Source: Caecitellus pseudoparvulus (Eukaryota > Protista > Bigyra: Bicosoecida). From it: 61,133 nt of DNA. The notes under the pieces are model-generated. The model worked only from the letters and a program-made list of their open reading frames with translations, made no database searches and was not told the DNA's origin. Location of the stretch: contig CBFFRQ010000109.1 in NCBI GenBank assembly GCA_965644315.1, positions 1 through 61,133 on the forward strand, in the 5' to 3' direction. The position numbers and the translations under genes are program-made. Positions 12,001-22,213 of this stretch are shown here, piece by piece. Each line of letters starts with the position of its first letter. Within the stretch, counting starts at the first letter, position 1.

Positions 12001-13271
12001 TTATGAAATCTTGATCAGTGACGCCCACATTTTCAAGTTGCGCCTTGGCTGCAGCCTCCCCTCTACTTGCCCTCAGCAGCATGGAGCGAAAGGGGACACC
12101 GAAGTTCACCACTTTTCCTTTTCGAGTCCTTTCGTTGAACCATGCACCGCGGATAGCATCTTCGAGCTGCAGCTGGAATTCTTTCGCCAGGTCTTGCGGA
12201 AAACCTCTGGGGAGCAAGCTTGCACTGACGATTGGCGCTTTTCGCCTTGCCAGGATAGCAAGCTTCAAATTGCCAAGCTTCTCGAGGACACTGAGTCCGT
12301 GTTTCGACTTTGATGTCTCAAACGAGTCGCAAATGGTGTCTACAACCCCACTGCCTTTGAGAATGCCCCACAATTCAGGACGGGCATTGGCCTGCGCAGA
12401 GAGAGATGAGTAGCCCCAGTGTAACGACTTCAGCTAAGGGAGGAAAGAACATTCTACATACCTCGCATGTTTTCAAAGCGCTCTTTAAGTCAGCAAGTTT
12501 CGCCTGCTCCTCTTGCAACTTCGCTTCCTCGGCAAGTCTGTGTCGTCTAAGTTCACCCTCAAGTGCTTTGTCTGCCTTGACCAGCTCCGTGAAATGAACC
12601 TCTGCTTCTGACAAAAACGTGGCCAACTTCTTCACCCACACTTTAGCAACGCGATTCTCGAACTGCATCCCAATCGAGCTCATCAGTTCACCCCCTTGAG
12701 CAAGTTCCAAGCTGACCTCAACTGGCAGCGCAAGAAGTTCAGCAAGGAACTTAGCCCGTATTTCTTCACTTCCGCCCTTGTATCGAAGCCCGAGGTCGAC
12801 TTGAGCAATGAAGCCGCTTGAGACGAATGCTCTCAACAGATTCGCATCAGGGGGGTCCTGAGAAGGCGAATCAAAGGGCAGGGTGAAGCGCCTCGCACAA
12901 GCGCACCTCAAGGGCAAGCTACGCACCTTCAGCTTCTTGAGGGCAGCAAGAGCCAACTTGGCAACCCGTCCTTGTGGGTTCAGACCATCAAAAGCCTTCA
13001 GCAGCTTCTCTTGCTGGCTCTCCTCCAGCTCAGTCCACCATTCCGTGCTCGGAAGCACTTCGCTGGCCTTCGGAGGCTCCGCCGCCGCAGCACCAGCTAC
13101 AGACGAAGTGTGGCGCAGCAAGCTGGGTGCCTGGGGCGGCTTGGGTGCGCACGGTGGAGGCCAGAGCACTGAAGCAGCAGCAAATTCCGCCCCAACACTG
13201 CGCACCGACAACAGAGGCCGCAGTGACGCCCCCACAGCACGAGACAAGGTCGACGCAGCCTTTAAGCTCAT
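9098..13271 (-). CDS. NTPase-REase gene A: presequence-like leader + helical domain + P-loop NTPase + PD-(D/E)xK-like nuclease (Crinkler/RHS-like)
   Basis: Exons 13271-12927, 12857-12462, 12391-9098 (GT-AG introns of 69 and 70 nt, frame preserved). Walker A AVHGTGKS, Walker B LIIDE, nuclease-like EQFE...FPTVDFVVF...VAFIETTIS. A GTGAGT donor at about 9106 may add a further 3' exon. Confidence 0.8.
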
Positions 13272-13816
13272 GGTACCATGCCTGGGTGTGCAAGTGCTGC
13301 AGATGCCGACAAAGCACGCTCACTAGCCAAAGCTGCGCTGGTGCGGAAGTGTGCGCAAGACCGCACAATGCAAAGCTGCACGAAGCTCCGAGGTGAGGCA
13401 AGCTTGTACATAAACTGCCGGATGAACAGCGCACACTCTGCTCGCGGGCGCGTTCAAGGAATCGTGATGCTTTTGTCCTCTAGGTTCAGTTGCGCAGCTT
13501 CGTCAAGTCATTTGAAAGGCTGCTTTTGGAAACACGCGAATGATGCAAAAATATGTCTCACGCAGCTGAAACCGGAGTATCAACGACAGAACAAAGAGGA
13601 TCCAGCGGCGGCTGCACCAGCAGACGCGCCTACCAATACGCTCCATGACATTCCATCAACTATTTTTGGGTTGCCCGCTCCTCCCACCTCCAGCACAGAG
13701 CCAAAGGAGGATCGCATCTCACCCTGCAAGCGACCCAGTGGCAAACAACACTGAGGCCATCCACGAATCAATCAATATGATGTGAAAAATCTTACAAGTG
13801 TGACCTTCAACAGTCA

Positions 13817-16800
13817 CTACAATGTGCAGCTAGCCTTCATGCCGCACGCTGTGGGCTTTCCGCGAGCAAGTTGTACCTCGCCGCCGCGCCCAGATTCCCA
13901 GGCAAGCTGCGAATTTATCACGATTACGAGGCCACAGCTCAACACAATCTGCCTCCTTCGGAAAACACTCGCAAAAGACATCCGAGTTTTCTGTGCACAA
14001 GCAGCGTCTGCGATCCCTGACTGAGCGTCTAACGGCGCGTCAGCTGTGAAGGTTGGGCCCGTGGCCTGCGTGAACGCCGCAGCGGCCAGAGACCCCTCGC
14101 TGAGCTGGGTGCCTTGGGCTGGCACGAATGCCAGCTGCCCTTCCACCGCAGAAGGCGCTTCTCCAAGGATGGACGCGGCAAGAGTGTGCAGAGCATGGGC
14201 CAGAGCATGCTGGTTGTGCACTGTGCCCTGCCAAACGCCATCTGCGTGCAGGGTGCTGCTCGCCGCCAACGCCATGGACAGCGGCTGCTGCACTGGCGCA
14301 CTCCAAGCTGCATCCACAGTCACACCCACGCTGGAGGCGACACTCGTCCAGCCGTCACTGGACTGCACGTGGAGGTTGGGGAACACTTGTGAGCCACTGG
14401 CAAGGTGCAGGCCAGACACCAGCAGCTCACCTTGCAGTGCCTGCAGCTGGTCCAGCGGCACTGGGTGTGCGCCTCGCAAGTCTCACAAGCCTGGCTGGGA
14501 GCCGAGGGAGATCTGCACAAAGTGCACAGGAGCCTGGGTATCCACGGTCCACTGCACAGCCAAGGCAGTTGTGTTCTGCTGGAAGCAACACAGCCCGCCT
14601 GCACTGCTGCTGGCAGTCAGCGGCACAGGTGCAATGGAGCCTGAGAAGGCGGCCACTTGCCCGATGTAGATACTTCCGCTGCTGGTGTTGGCAAGGTTCC
14701 CAGCGCTGTCCGTCGCCCTCACTGACAGCGTCAACGTTTCCTGCCCACTGCCCTGGGGCAAGGACAGGGTTGTGGCGGAGAGGGTGGCGTTCGTGTCCAG
14801 ACCAGCTGCAGGCGGAAGCAGCGACACCTCTTGTGCCGTGCTCAGGGCAGTCCACGGCAGCACTGCAGCTCCAGAAGAGGCGTTCACAACAGACACCTCG
14901 TAGGTCAGGGAGCCCGCAGTCGTCACGGCGTCATGCCACCGCCAACAGGCGTGCACTGGCGCCCCGACTGGCAGAAACAAGTTCTCAACAGGCGGTGTGG
15001 ACCCCGCATGCCCCCTGCAGGCAGCAGACACTGACAGCCATGTGGGTACAGGAGCTGCCGTGTCCACCACAATGCCGTCTTTGAAGGCGTACGTCTGCAG
15101 GCCAGCGGCGCTGGTCAACACAAACGGCTTCGTACAGCACGTCGCCCTGGCTCGGAGCAGAGCCGGGCACAGCAGAACACGTGCCTGAGGCCAAGCCAGG
15201 CAGCGCATGCACGACTGCCTGGGACGCTGGCACAACGTCCTCTGCACCGGGGCTGGTGCCCCACATGCACTGCACGTGTTCCAGGCCAGATTCGGCATCC
15301 GCTGCGCCCTCCCATGCCAACGCCAGGAAGTCCGCAGACGCCTTGGCTGCCGCGTCAAAGGATGCAGCCAGTTCATCGCCATCCAGGGGCGCCCGCAGCG
15401 AATTTCACACCCGCAGCAGGGTGGGACCAGTGGCGTCCACTGCACCCGTGCGAGCGGTGCTGGTGGTGCACTCACCAGCGCCATTTGCGACAGTAAGGGA
15501 GAAGTAGGCCCGCTGACCGTGCACAATGTTGGAGGCCAGGAATGTGCTCAGGGAGTCCAGAGGCACAGCGGCAGGGGGCGCGAGCTGTGTGCCGCCTTGG
15601 GAAGTTCCAGCTGACGCGACCACCACAGCCAGGCCGCTCTCGGCATCTGCAGCGGCATCAAACGTCAGTGCAAACGCGCCTGCCGCTCCAGACATGGAGG
15701 GCGCACACGGGGTGCACTCAGTGATGGAGGCACCGTGGGTGGCCTTGTACGTGCCGAGGGGGCAGGGGGCACAGGCGCAACTTGTCGCCTCTCGGTAGGT
15801 GCCTGGAGCACACTGCAGGGCTGGGGCATCTGAAGACACTGGCGGGTTGGGAGCGACGATCCCAGTGGCTCCTGAGTTGCAGGCGTCACAGAGGGTGGGG
15901 TCGTTGCCCAGCACTTGCTTGCAGGCGGGCACGGCGCAGGGTTGGCAAGCCTTGCTTGTCGCGTTCAACACGAAGCCCGGCCCACACTGGCACACGCCGC
16001 CGCCATGCGTGAAGTCGGGCACAAATGCAGCATTGGGGTCGGCACAGGCACACGTGCTGCGCCCCGCAGGATCCCCGATCCCGAACGCCGTCAACAACAG
16101 GGTCTGTGCACTCGTGCCGGCCAGCGAAGGCAGCGTCTCGTCACAGGCAAAGCCGTTCGAGGAGGCGACGCTGGCGTGTCCCGCCATGTTTGTGGCGCGC
16201 ACACTGGTGAACACGGTGCTACCAGGCGCCAACACCAGGCCTGTCGCAGCCCATGCCGTGCGCTGCGCCACGATTGTCCAGGGCATGACGTCATCCAGCC
16301 CTGCACCGCTGCCCAGCGCGACCTCGTACGTTGCGATGCCAGAGGGCTCCACGAAGGAGTCCCAGTTCGCAGCTGCCTGACTGCAGTAGGCGGAAAAGTC
16401 CGCGTCGCCGCCCAGTCGAGCGCTACCGCGCACGATACCGGCAGTGGGCCCACTTGTGACCAAGGGTGCAGGGCGCCCCACTGTTCGACGTGCCAGGCCG
16501 GCTGCGTTGGTCGCCTTGACGCTGCAGGCCACGAAGCGGCCTTCTGGGAGGGGGCTTGGCACCCCATCGCTCCCGGGGCTGAAGGTGGCTTGGGCCTCAC
16601 CTGGTCCCAGGGACAGCACATTGGACAGCGGCACGATGGAGCCGGTCCCACCTGCTGTCACCTCCACCAGCTCCATGCCAATTCCCACCACTGGTGCCTG
16701 GGCGTCTTGCACACCTGCCCACCCACACGTGACCTGTGACACATCGCTCAGCAGGGACACCTTACTGCCAGTGGCATCCAGGAAGTGCACACTGCCGATA

Positions 16801-17210
16801 TCTGGCGGAGTGATGTCCACAATGACGGGCTTGGAGAACACCGTGCGCAGACCAGCATCGTTGGTGCCAATCACGGACATGTAGTACTTCGTACCAGTGA
16901 CCAGGTGCAGGCCACTCCAGGAGGCAGCTGGACCGGCGAGGGGTGCGGAATACCCCTCCACCTGCTCTCCGAAAGGTGACGTGCCCAGGGCAGCGGAGTA
17001 GGCAACATCGCCCTCTGCGTCCAGGAACGGCGCCCAGGACAGGGCTACAGCGCTGGTGGAGGGCGCATAGTACACGCCATCCAGGAGCTGCCCGTCCGTC
17101 ACTGCCGCAGTGCCGTCAAAGGTCGCCGCTGTATCGTCAGGGGTGAAAGAGGTGTGTTCCTCGCCCAGCAGCGCTCCATCCTTGTCATACAGGATGAGTG
17201 TCACGTGGTA
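13817..17210 (-). pseudogene. Fibronectin-III-like repeat / Cys-rich surface protein, 5'-truncated and disrupted
   Basis: Repeated W..F.D.ESG...Y...GT..G..D....ATNxAGL...DxTxP units plus CAPGTY/CPLGTY modules. In-frame TGA at 15405-15407 and 14483-14485, a +1 shift near 15116, and no ATG or signal peptide. Confidence 0.7.
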
Positions 17211-17727
17211 CTAGGTCCCACTCAGCAAATCAAGGCCAGTCGCAATAGCCTGTGTGGCACTGCCCACCTACATCAGCAGGAGCTGTGTCGCGCTGCGACT
17301 GCAGGTTATATCGGACATCGTTGGCGTGACACGCTACAAGCCGTCAGTGGAGATTTTGCCTCATTTTCAGGGGATTTTGCCGATTTCGCGAGCTGAGCAT
17401 AATTCAACGGAATCTCTTTAAGCCATTTTGCCCAATACATGCCTGGAGGTTGTGCTGTTCCCGCCAGAGAGCGCTGCATCAGGCTGGTGTGGCGTTTCGG
17501 TTTGCTTCACCACGACAATCCACGAGGCCCGCGATATCTCAGTCTTTGGCTGCACTCTGCCGAATCTAGGGGACCTGAAGAAATTTAGCATGCGGATGAT
17601 TTGATAATGATTTGATTTGCTTCCGACCTCTCTCAGACCACCCGTCTAGCCTTAGTGTCCTGGGTGGCCTGTGTGTCGATGGAACTCCCTTCACCCAGCC
17701 GGAGAGCCAGCGGCCCTGCTCCAGCTC

Positions 17728-20415
17728 TCAGCGCCGTGCACGCTTGGCACTCGGCGGGCTGACACCACGTTGCCTTGCTTGCTTCTCCCGCTGGACAAAC
17801 TGCTCTTCTTCTCGCTGCACCTTGCTGGTCATTCGCTCGACCTGGCCGACAGTGGCGTGAGCAGCGGAGGCGATGCGGGACGCTGTTGTGTTGGGGCTGT
17901 ACTTGGCAGTCTTGGCCTCTTGCGTCTCCCGCTCCTCCATGAGCAGTTGGCGAATGTCTTGCTCAACCTCTGGCGTGACAGACGAGGTGGCCTTGTGGTA
18001 CAGTGGCATGCCAGAGGCCACGGCTTCCTCGAACGTGGTTGGGACAGGCGCATCCGGGCGGCTCTGCAAGGCTGCTGTCAGGGTACCTCGAGCAAAGCCA
18101 CCCGCTTCACCAGTCAGTACAGAGCAAACGTTTAGAGTGGCTGCGACGTCTTGAGACTTGCTGTGTGTCCCTTCCTGGCAGCATTCATCGCTTGCATACT
18201 TGGACAGCAGCTTGGCAGCAGTGGCCTGGTTCTTCTCCAGCCAGTACAGCGTGAGGTTCATCTCGGCAACATCCAGGCGAGTGGATGTGCCTGCTGACAC
18301 CATGTGCCGCATGCTTGGGTGCAGGCTCTCATTGCCCCCGGTGGTGGTGGCGCCGTGCACCGCGTCACGCCCATCCAGCAAGCCTTGAAGCCCCACATCG
18401 TTCTGCAATGACGCCTTGACCCGAGCACGAACGGCGGGGAAGGAGGACTTGGGATCCAGGATGCCGCGTGTGATGCGGCCTTGCACGGCTGTGCCTGCGC
18501 CACCCCGCGATGGAGGCGCCCACACCTGGCGAAACAGGCTTGCAGTGCGCTTCAGTGCCGCTGAGGCCTGTTTGTGAGTGCAGGGCCCAATGTGAAGAGG
18601 GAGGATGGGCACCCCGCTCGGGTGCAGCCCAGCCTGAGTCGGAGTGAAGTGATCTCCTTGGCACCGACGGAGCAGCATGCCGGCAGCAGCGGCACAAACA
18701 GCCGCCAAAGCAAGGGGGACGTGCTTGCGAAGCCTTGCGGCAGCCCCAACTGCACGCCCTGGCCCATACAGGGCCCACCCATAGGCTGTGAGGGATTCTT
18801 GGACTTGTGTCTTTTGGGAGTCTGACAGGGACTTGCGTCGCAAGATGCGGCAGGCGCAGTCGATGAAGGCCTGGATGTCGGCTGGCTCAGCACAGTCCAA
18901 GGCGGCTCGTTGCCGAGCAACGGCATCCTCTGGAAGGAGCAACTTGGGAGACACCACGCCCAGTGCAGGCGTCCGGATCCACTCCACTGTGTCGAACCAC
19001 AGCCTGATGAAGAGTGGGCCATCATGGTGCATGGTTCGCTTGGCAGTGGCCTTGGCCACGCGTCTGGCAAAGTGCCACGGGTCCACCGCGAACCGCACCA
19101 CGCCTTTCGGCAGAAGTGGGAAGTGCACGTCGATGATTGCCCGCAGGGCGTGCTGGTGGGTTCTGAGGTTGTCCATTGTGATGACGCTGGGGTGGGACGC
19201 CGCCGGGCCGCGCTCCCGCAGGTGTCCCTTCAGCCTGTGCAGTAAGGAGTCCAGGACCCAGGCCAAGTTTGCCGCGCTCTCGTAGCCCGTGAACATGGGA
19301 GGCTGCAGGATAAAACCGTACCGGCCCACAATCGTGGCTATGCAGGGAGCAACTCGCCGCCGAGTCCTGCGTGTGGCCCGCGTAGCCCGGCTTCCGCTGC
19401 CTGCACAAGCTCTCTCCTCAGAATCCTCATTGCTGTCACTGTTGCTGTCTTCTTCCCCATCCAGCTCATCTTCAGGCTCTTCCTCGCCCAGTTCGTGCCG
19501 TGCGCTCGCAGGCGCAACTCTGGCCCTGCGCAGTGGCTGCGGGCCCGCGACATGCACCCGGGCCGAAGATGCAAAGACCCAGTCCACGCTGATGGTGTCA
19601 GTGAAGCGAACAAAAGCCTGCAGGCACCCCTCCAAATGCGGCTTGACAGCGGCATGGTAGATGTGCAGGATGGCATCCCGCAGAGCCTTGCCACTTGTGC
19701 TGGATCGCACGCTGCCCACGACGTGCTTGCTGGCTCGGCGCACGGCTTGGGCCAGCGCATATTGCACCTCAGGACATGCAACGGGATAGGAGTGCTTCTT
19801 GAACAGCTTCTCTTTGCAGGGGTCCACCTTGTGTCCAAGGGGCCGCATGAGGTCTCGCCAGAAGGCTGCCTGCACCTTGACCATGCCTTCGCGGCGGTGC
19901 GCGACGTAGTTCTCCCACAGGCGAATAGCGTGCACAATGTACACAGTGAGATGTGTCTGAGGGCAATGTTTTGCAATCAACGGCAATGAGAGCAGGGTGC
20001 TTGTGGCAGACTGCGCTGACAGGGGCGAAGTCTGTGCCATGCCGGGCTGGGCCAAGGTTGCATCTGTTGCTGTGGGGCTGGAGGCAGCTTAAAGAATGGA
20101 AAGACACCCAAATGTGCTCTTATGAGATGTGAAGCTTGTGCCCTGGCTTGGACATTCCTGGCAGTGGTCTTTCACGTGGCGTTTTTTGAGTATGAAAGTG
20201 GCTTTCCTAAGGTGTGGCGTGCAAACTCGCTGCTGGAGACTTTCTCCACACTGTCCTGGGTCACAGGCCAAGCTTGCCCATGCGCACTTCTGGCGTGTTT
20301 CTTCGCTCCGTGTCCCCGTTGGCCAGGCCCTGCCACACAGCTTCAGACACGAGGCCAAGCTGGACACACTCCTCGCCTTGGCATAACTCAGACCATACCT
20401 TGCCACGGGCGACAA
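17728..20415 (-). mobile_element. DDE transposase of the DxxH type (Mutator/IS256/ISL3-like clade) with a Cys-rich upstream segment
   Basis: ORF 17728..20055 has ISVD (D1), VITMDN (D2), VDPWHFARR (DxxH) and TTGGNESLH (E). ORF 20089..20415 is in the same frame across one TAA and is Cys-rich (possible Zn-binding exon). No TIRs or TSD found by eye. Confidence 0.65.
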
Positions 20416-20758
20416 TTATCCAGCCTGGATTCCAAAATACACGGATATTCGTTCGTACGCTCTTGCTGTGAGACTTTCTACCCGTGCACTGCGTCAGGAG
20501 GTGGTGCGTTCAGCACTGGCGTGTCCGTTGCCGTTGCGATTTCCGCACAAGATGCTCTGCCGCATTCTTCGCACATACATCGTCACAATGACTACATCTG
20601 CATGTCCACAGGCTTGATATCAACATCCTTCCGAGCATTTTCCTGTGGCATACTCACTGCTCTTCTGCGCAACATCACGGTGACTCACCTGCAAGAGCCT
20701 GGCCCAACCTGTCGCTCCAACTTCAGCGTCGGCCACTGGCATCCTGACGTTACTAGCC

Positions 20759-22036
20759 ATGGCAGCCTTTGAAGACTCGGCCCATCTCAAGGCCCAGTGG
20801 AAAGCTGCTTGTAAAGAGGGGGATGCAGATCAGCTGTGGCGCATCTTGCAGCAAGCCAGCGCGCAGACTGCCACTTTGGCTGAGGCACTGGCGAGTTCAG
20901 ATACGACATCCGGGTTTCAGGTTGCGTGCCAAAAGGGCCACTTGGAACTGATGCGTGAGCTGCTGGCTTTTACAGGCAGACTCGCGGTGGATGTGCACGT
21001 TGCGGATTGGTATGGGCCAGAGGCGGCATTCCGAGGTGCGTGCACCAATGGCCACACAGACATTGTGAGTGAGCTGCTGGGCCTCACTGGTGCGCAAAAA
21101 GTGGGTGTGCACGCGGCGGATGTGTATGGACCTGAGGCCGCCTTCCGTTGGGCATGCCGCAATGGCTACACAGACATTGTGCGAGAGCTGTTGGGTCTGA
21201 CTGGGGCGCGGGAAGTGGATGTGCACGCGGCAGATGAGGATGGACCTGAGGCCGCCTTCCGAGAGGCATGCCGGTATGGCCGCACAGATATCGTGCGTGA
21301 GCTGTTGGCCCTTACTGGGGCGCGGGAGGTGGATGTGCACGCAGCAGATGAGGATGGACCTGAGGCCGCCTTCCGAGGCGCATGCCTCCATGGCCGCACA
21401 GATGTCGTGCGTGAGCTGTTGGGTCTGACTGGGGCGCGGGCAGTGGATGTGCACGCGGCGGATGAGGATGGACCTGAGGCGGCCTTCCGATACGCATGCA
21501 CCATGGGCAAGCTCGACACCGTGCGTGAGCTGTTGAGCCTCACTGGGGCGCGGGCAGTGGATGTACATGCGGCGGATGAGTATGGGCCTGAGGCCGCCTT
21601 CCGGTGGGCATGCCGTCATGGCCACACAGACATCGTGCGTGAGCTGTTGAGCCTCACTGGGGCGCGGGAGGTGGATGTACACGCGGCGGATGAGTATGGG
21701 CCTGAAGCTTCCATCCAAAGTGCATGTGCCAATGACCACACAGACATCGTGCGTGAGCTGTTGGGTCTGACTGGGGCGCGGGCAGTGGATGTGCATGCGG
21801 TGAGTCGGAGTGGACCAGAGGCAGCGTTCCGTGAGGCATGCACCAATGGCCACACAGGCATCATGCAAGAGCTGTTGGGTCTCACTGGTCACCGTGCGAT
21901 CCCAGCCCAAGTCTGGCAAGAAAAGGGGGAGCCCATTGCCCAAGCCGCACGTGATGCAGTGTGGGCTGGTACAAGCACTCGGCATGGGCGACGTGGGATG
22001 CTCTTGCTGAGATCTCGTGGTGCGGGGCGTGCGTGA
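20759..22036 (+). CDS. Ankyrin-repeat protein 2 (eight 38-aa repeats plus caps), intronless; paralog of 254..1753
   Basis: 425-aa ORF; consensus VDVHAADExGPEAAFRxACxxGxTDIVRELLxLTGARx; shared N-cap (WxAAC..GF..AC..GH) and C-terminal DAVWAGTSTRHGRRGMLLLR. Confidence 0.92.
   Translation: MAAFEDSAHLKAQWKAACKEGDADQLWRILQQASAQTATLAEALASSDTTSGFQVACQKGHLELMRELLAFTGRLAVDVHVADWYGPEAAFRGACTNGHTDIVSELLGLTGAQKVGVHAADVYGPEAAFRWACRNGYTDIVRELLGLTGAREVDVHAADEDGPEAAFREACRYGRTDIVRELLALTGAREVDVHAADEDGPEAAFRGACLHGRTDVVRELLGLTGARAVDVHAADEDGPEAAFRYACTMGKLDTVRELLSLTGARAVDVHAADEYGPEAAFRWACRHGHTDIVRELLSLTGAREVDVHAADEYGPEASIQSACANDHTDIVRELLGLTGARAVDVHAVSRSGPEAAFREACTNGHTGIMQELLGLTGHRAIPAQVWQEKGEPIAQAARDAVWAGTSTRHGRRGMLLLRSRGAGRA
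20987..21898 (+). repeat. 114-bp coding tandem repeat x8 with high nucleotide identity
   Basis: Unit starts at 20987, 21101, 21215, 21329, 21443, 21557, 21671, 21785 (GTGGATGTRCAYGC...GGACCTGAGGCCGCCTTCCG). Confidence 0.92.
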
Positions 22037-22213
22037 TGGAAATTACCAACACGGTAACGGATTACCCCAGCGCTTCTTCCTCTTGCACAACTTCCAACTC
22101 CCCAGGCACCCAGGCAGAAACCTGCACTACAGAGTAACACTCCCTTCCAGCGTTTGAACTGCATTTAAGGCTTAATGTTGAACAGTCTTTGGAGCTTTGC
22201 ACCGTGACGGCTT

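Noticed and set aside
14483-15407. TGA recoding or selenocysteine in the FN3 gene
   Set aside because: TGA ends many intact genes here, and the same gene also has a frameshift and 5' truncation.
20133-20151. Reverse copy of the CCAAGCCTGGCAAGCT motif
   Set aside because: Needs a 3-nt gap, lies in probable coding sequence and has no flanking similarity.
20987-21898. CRISPR-like or TALE-like array
   Set aside because: The units are in-frame ankyrin repeats with no unique spacers, no cas genes and no TALE consensus.
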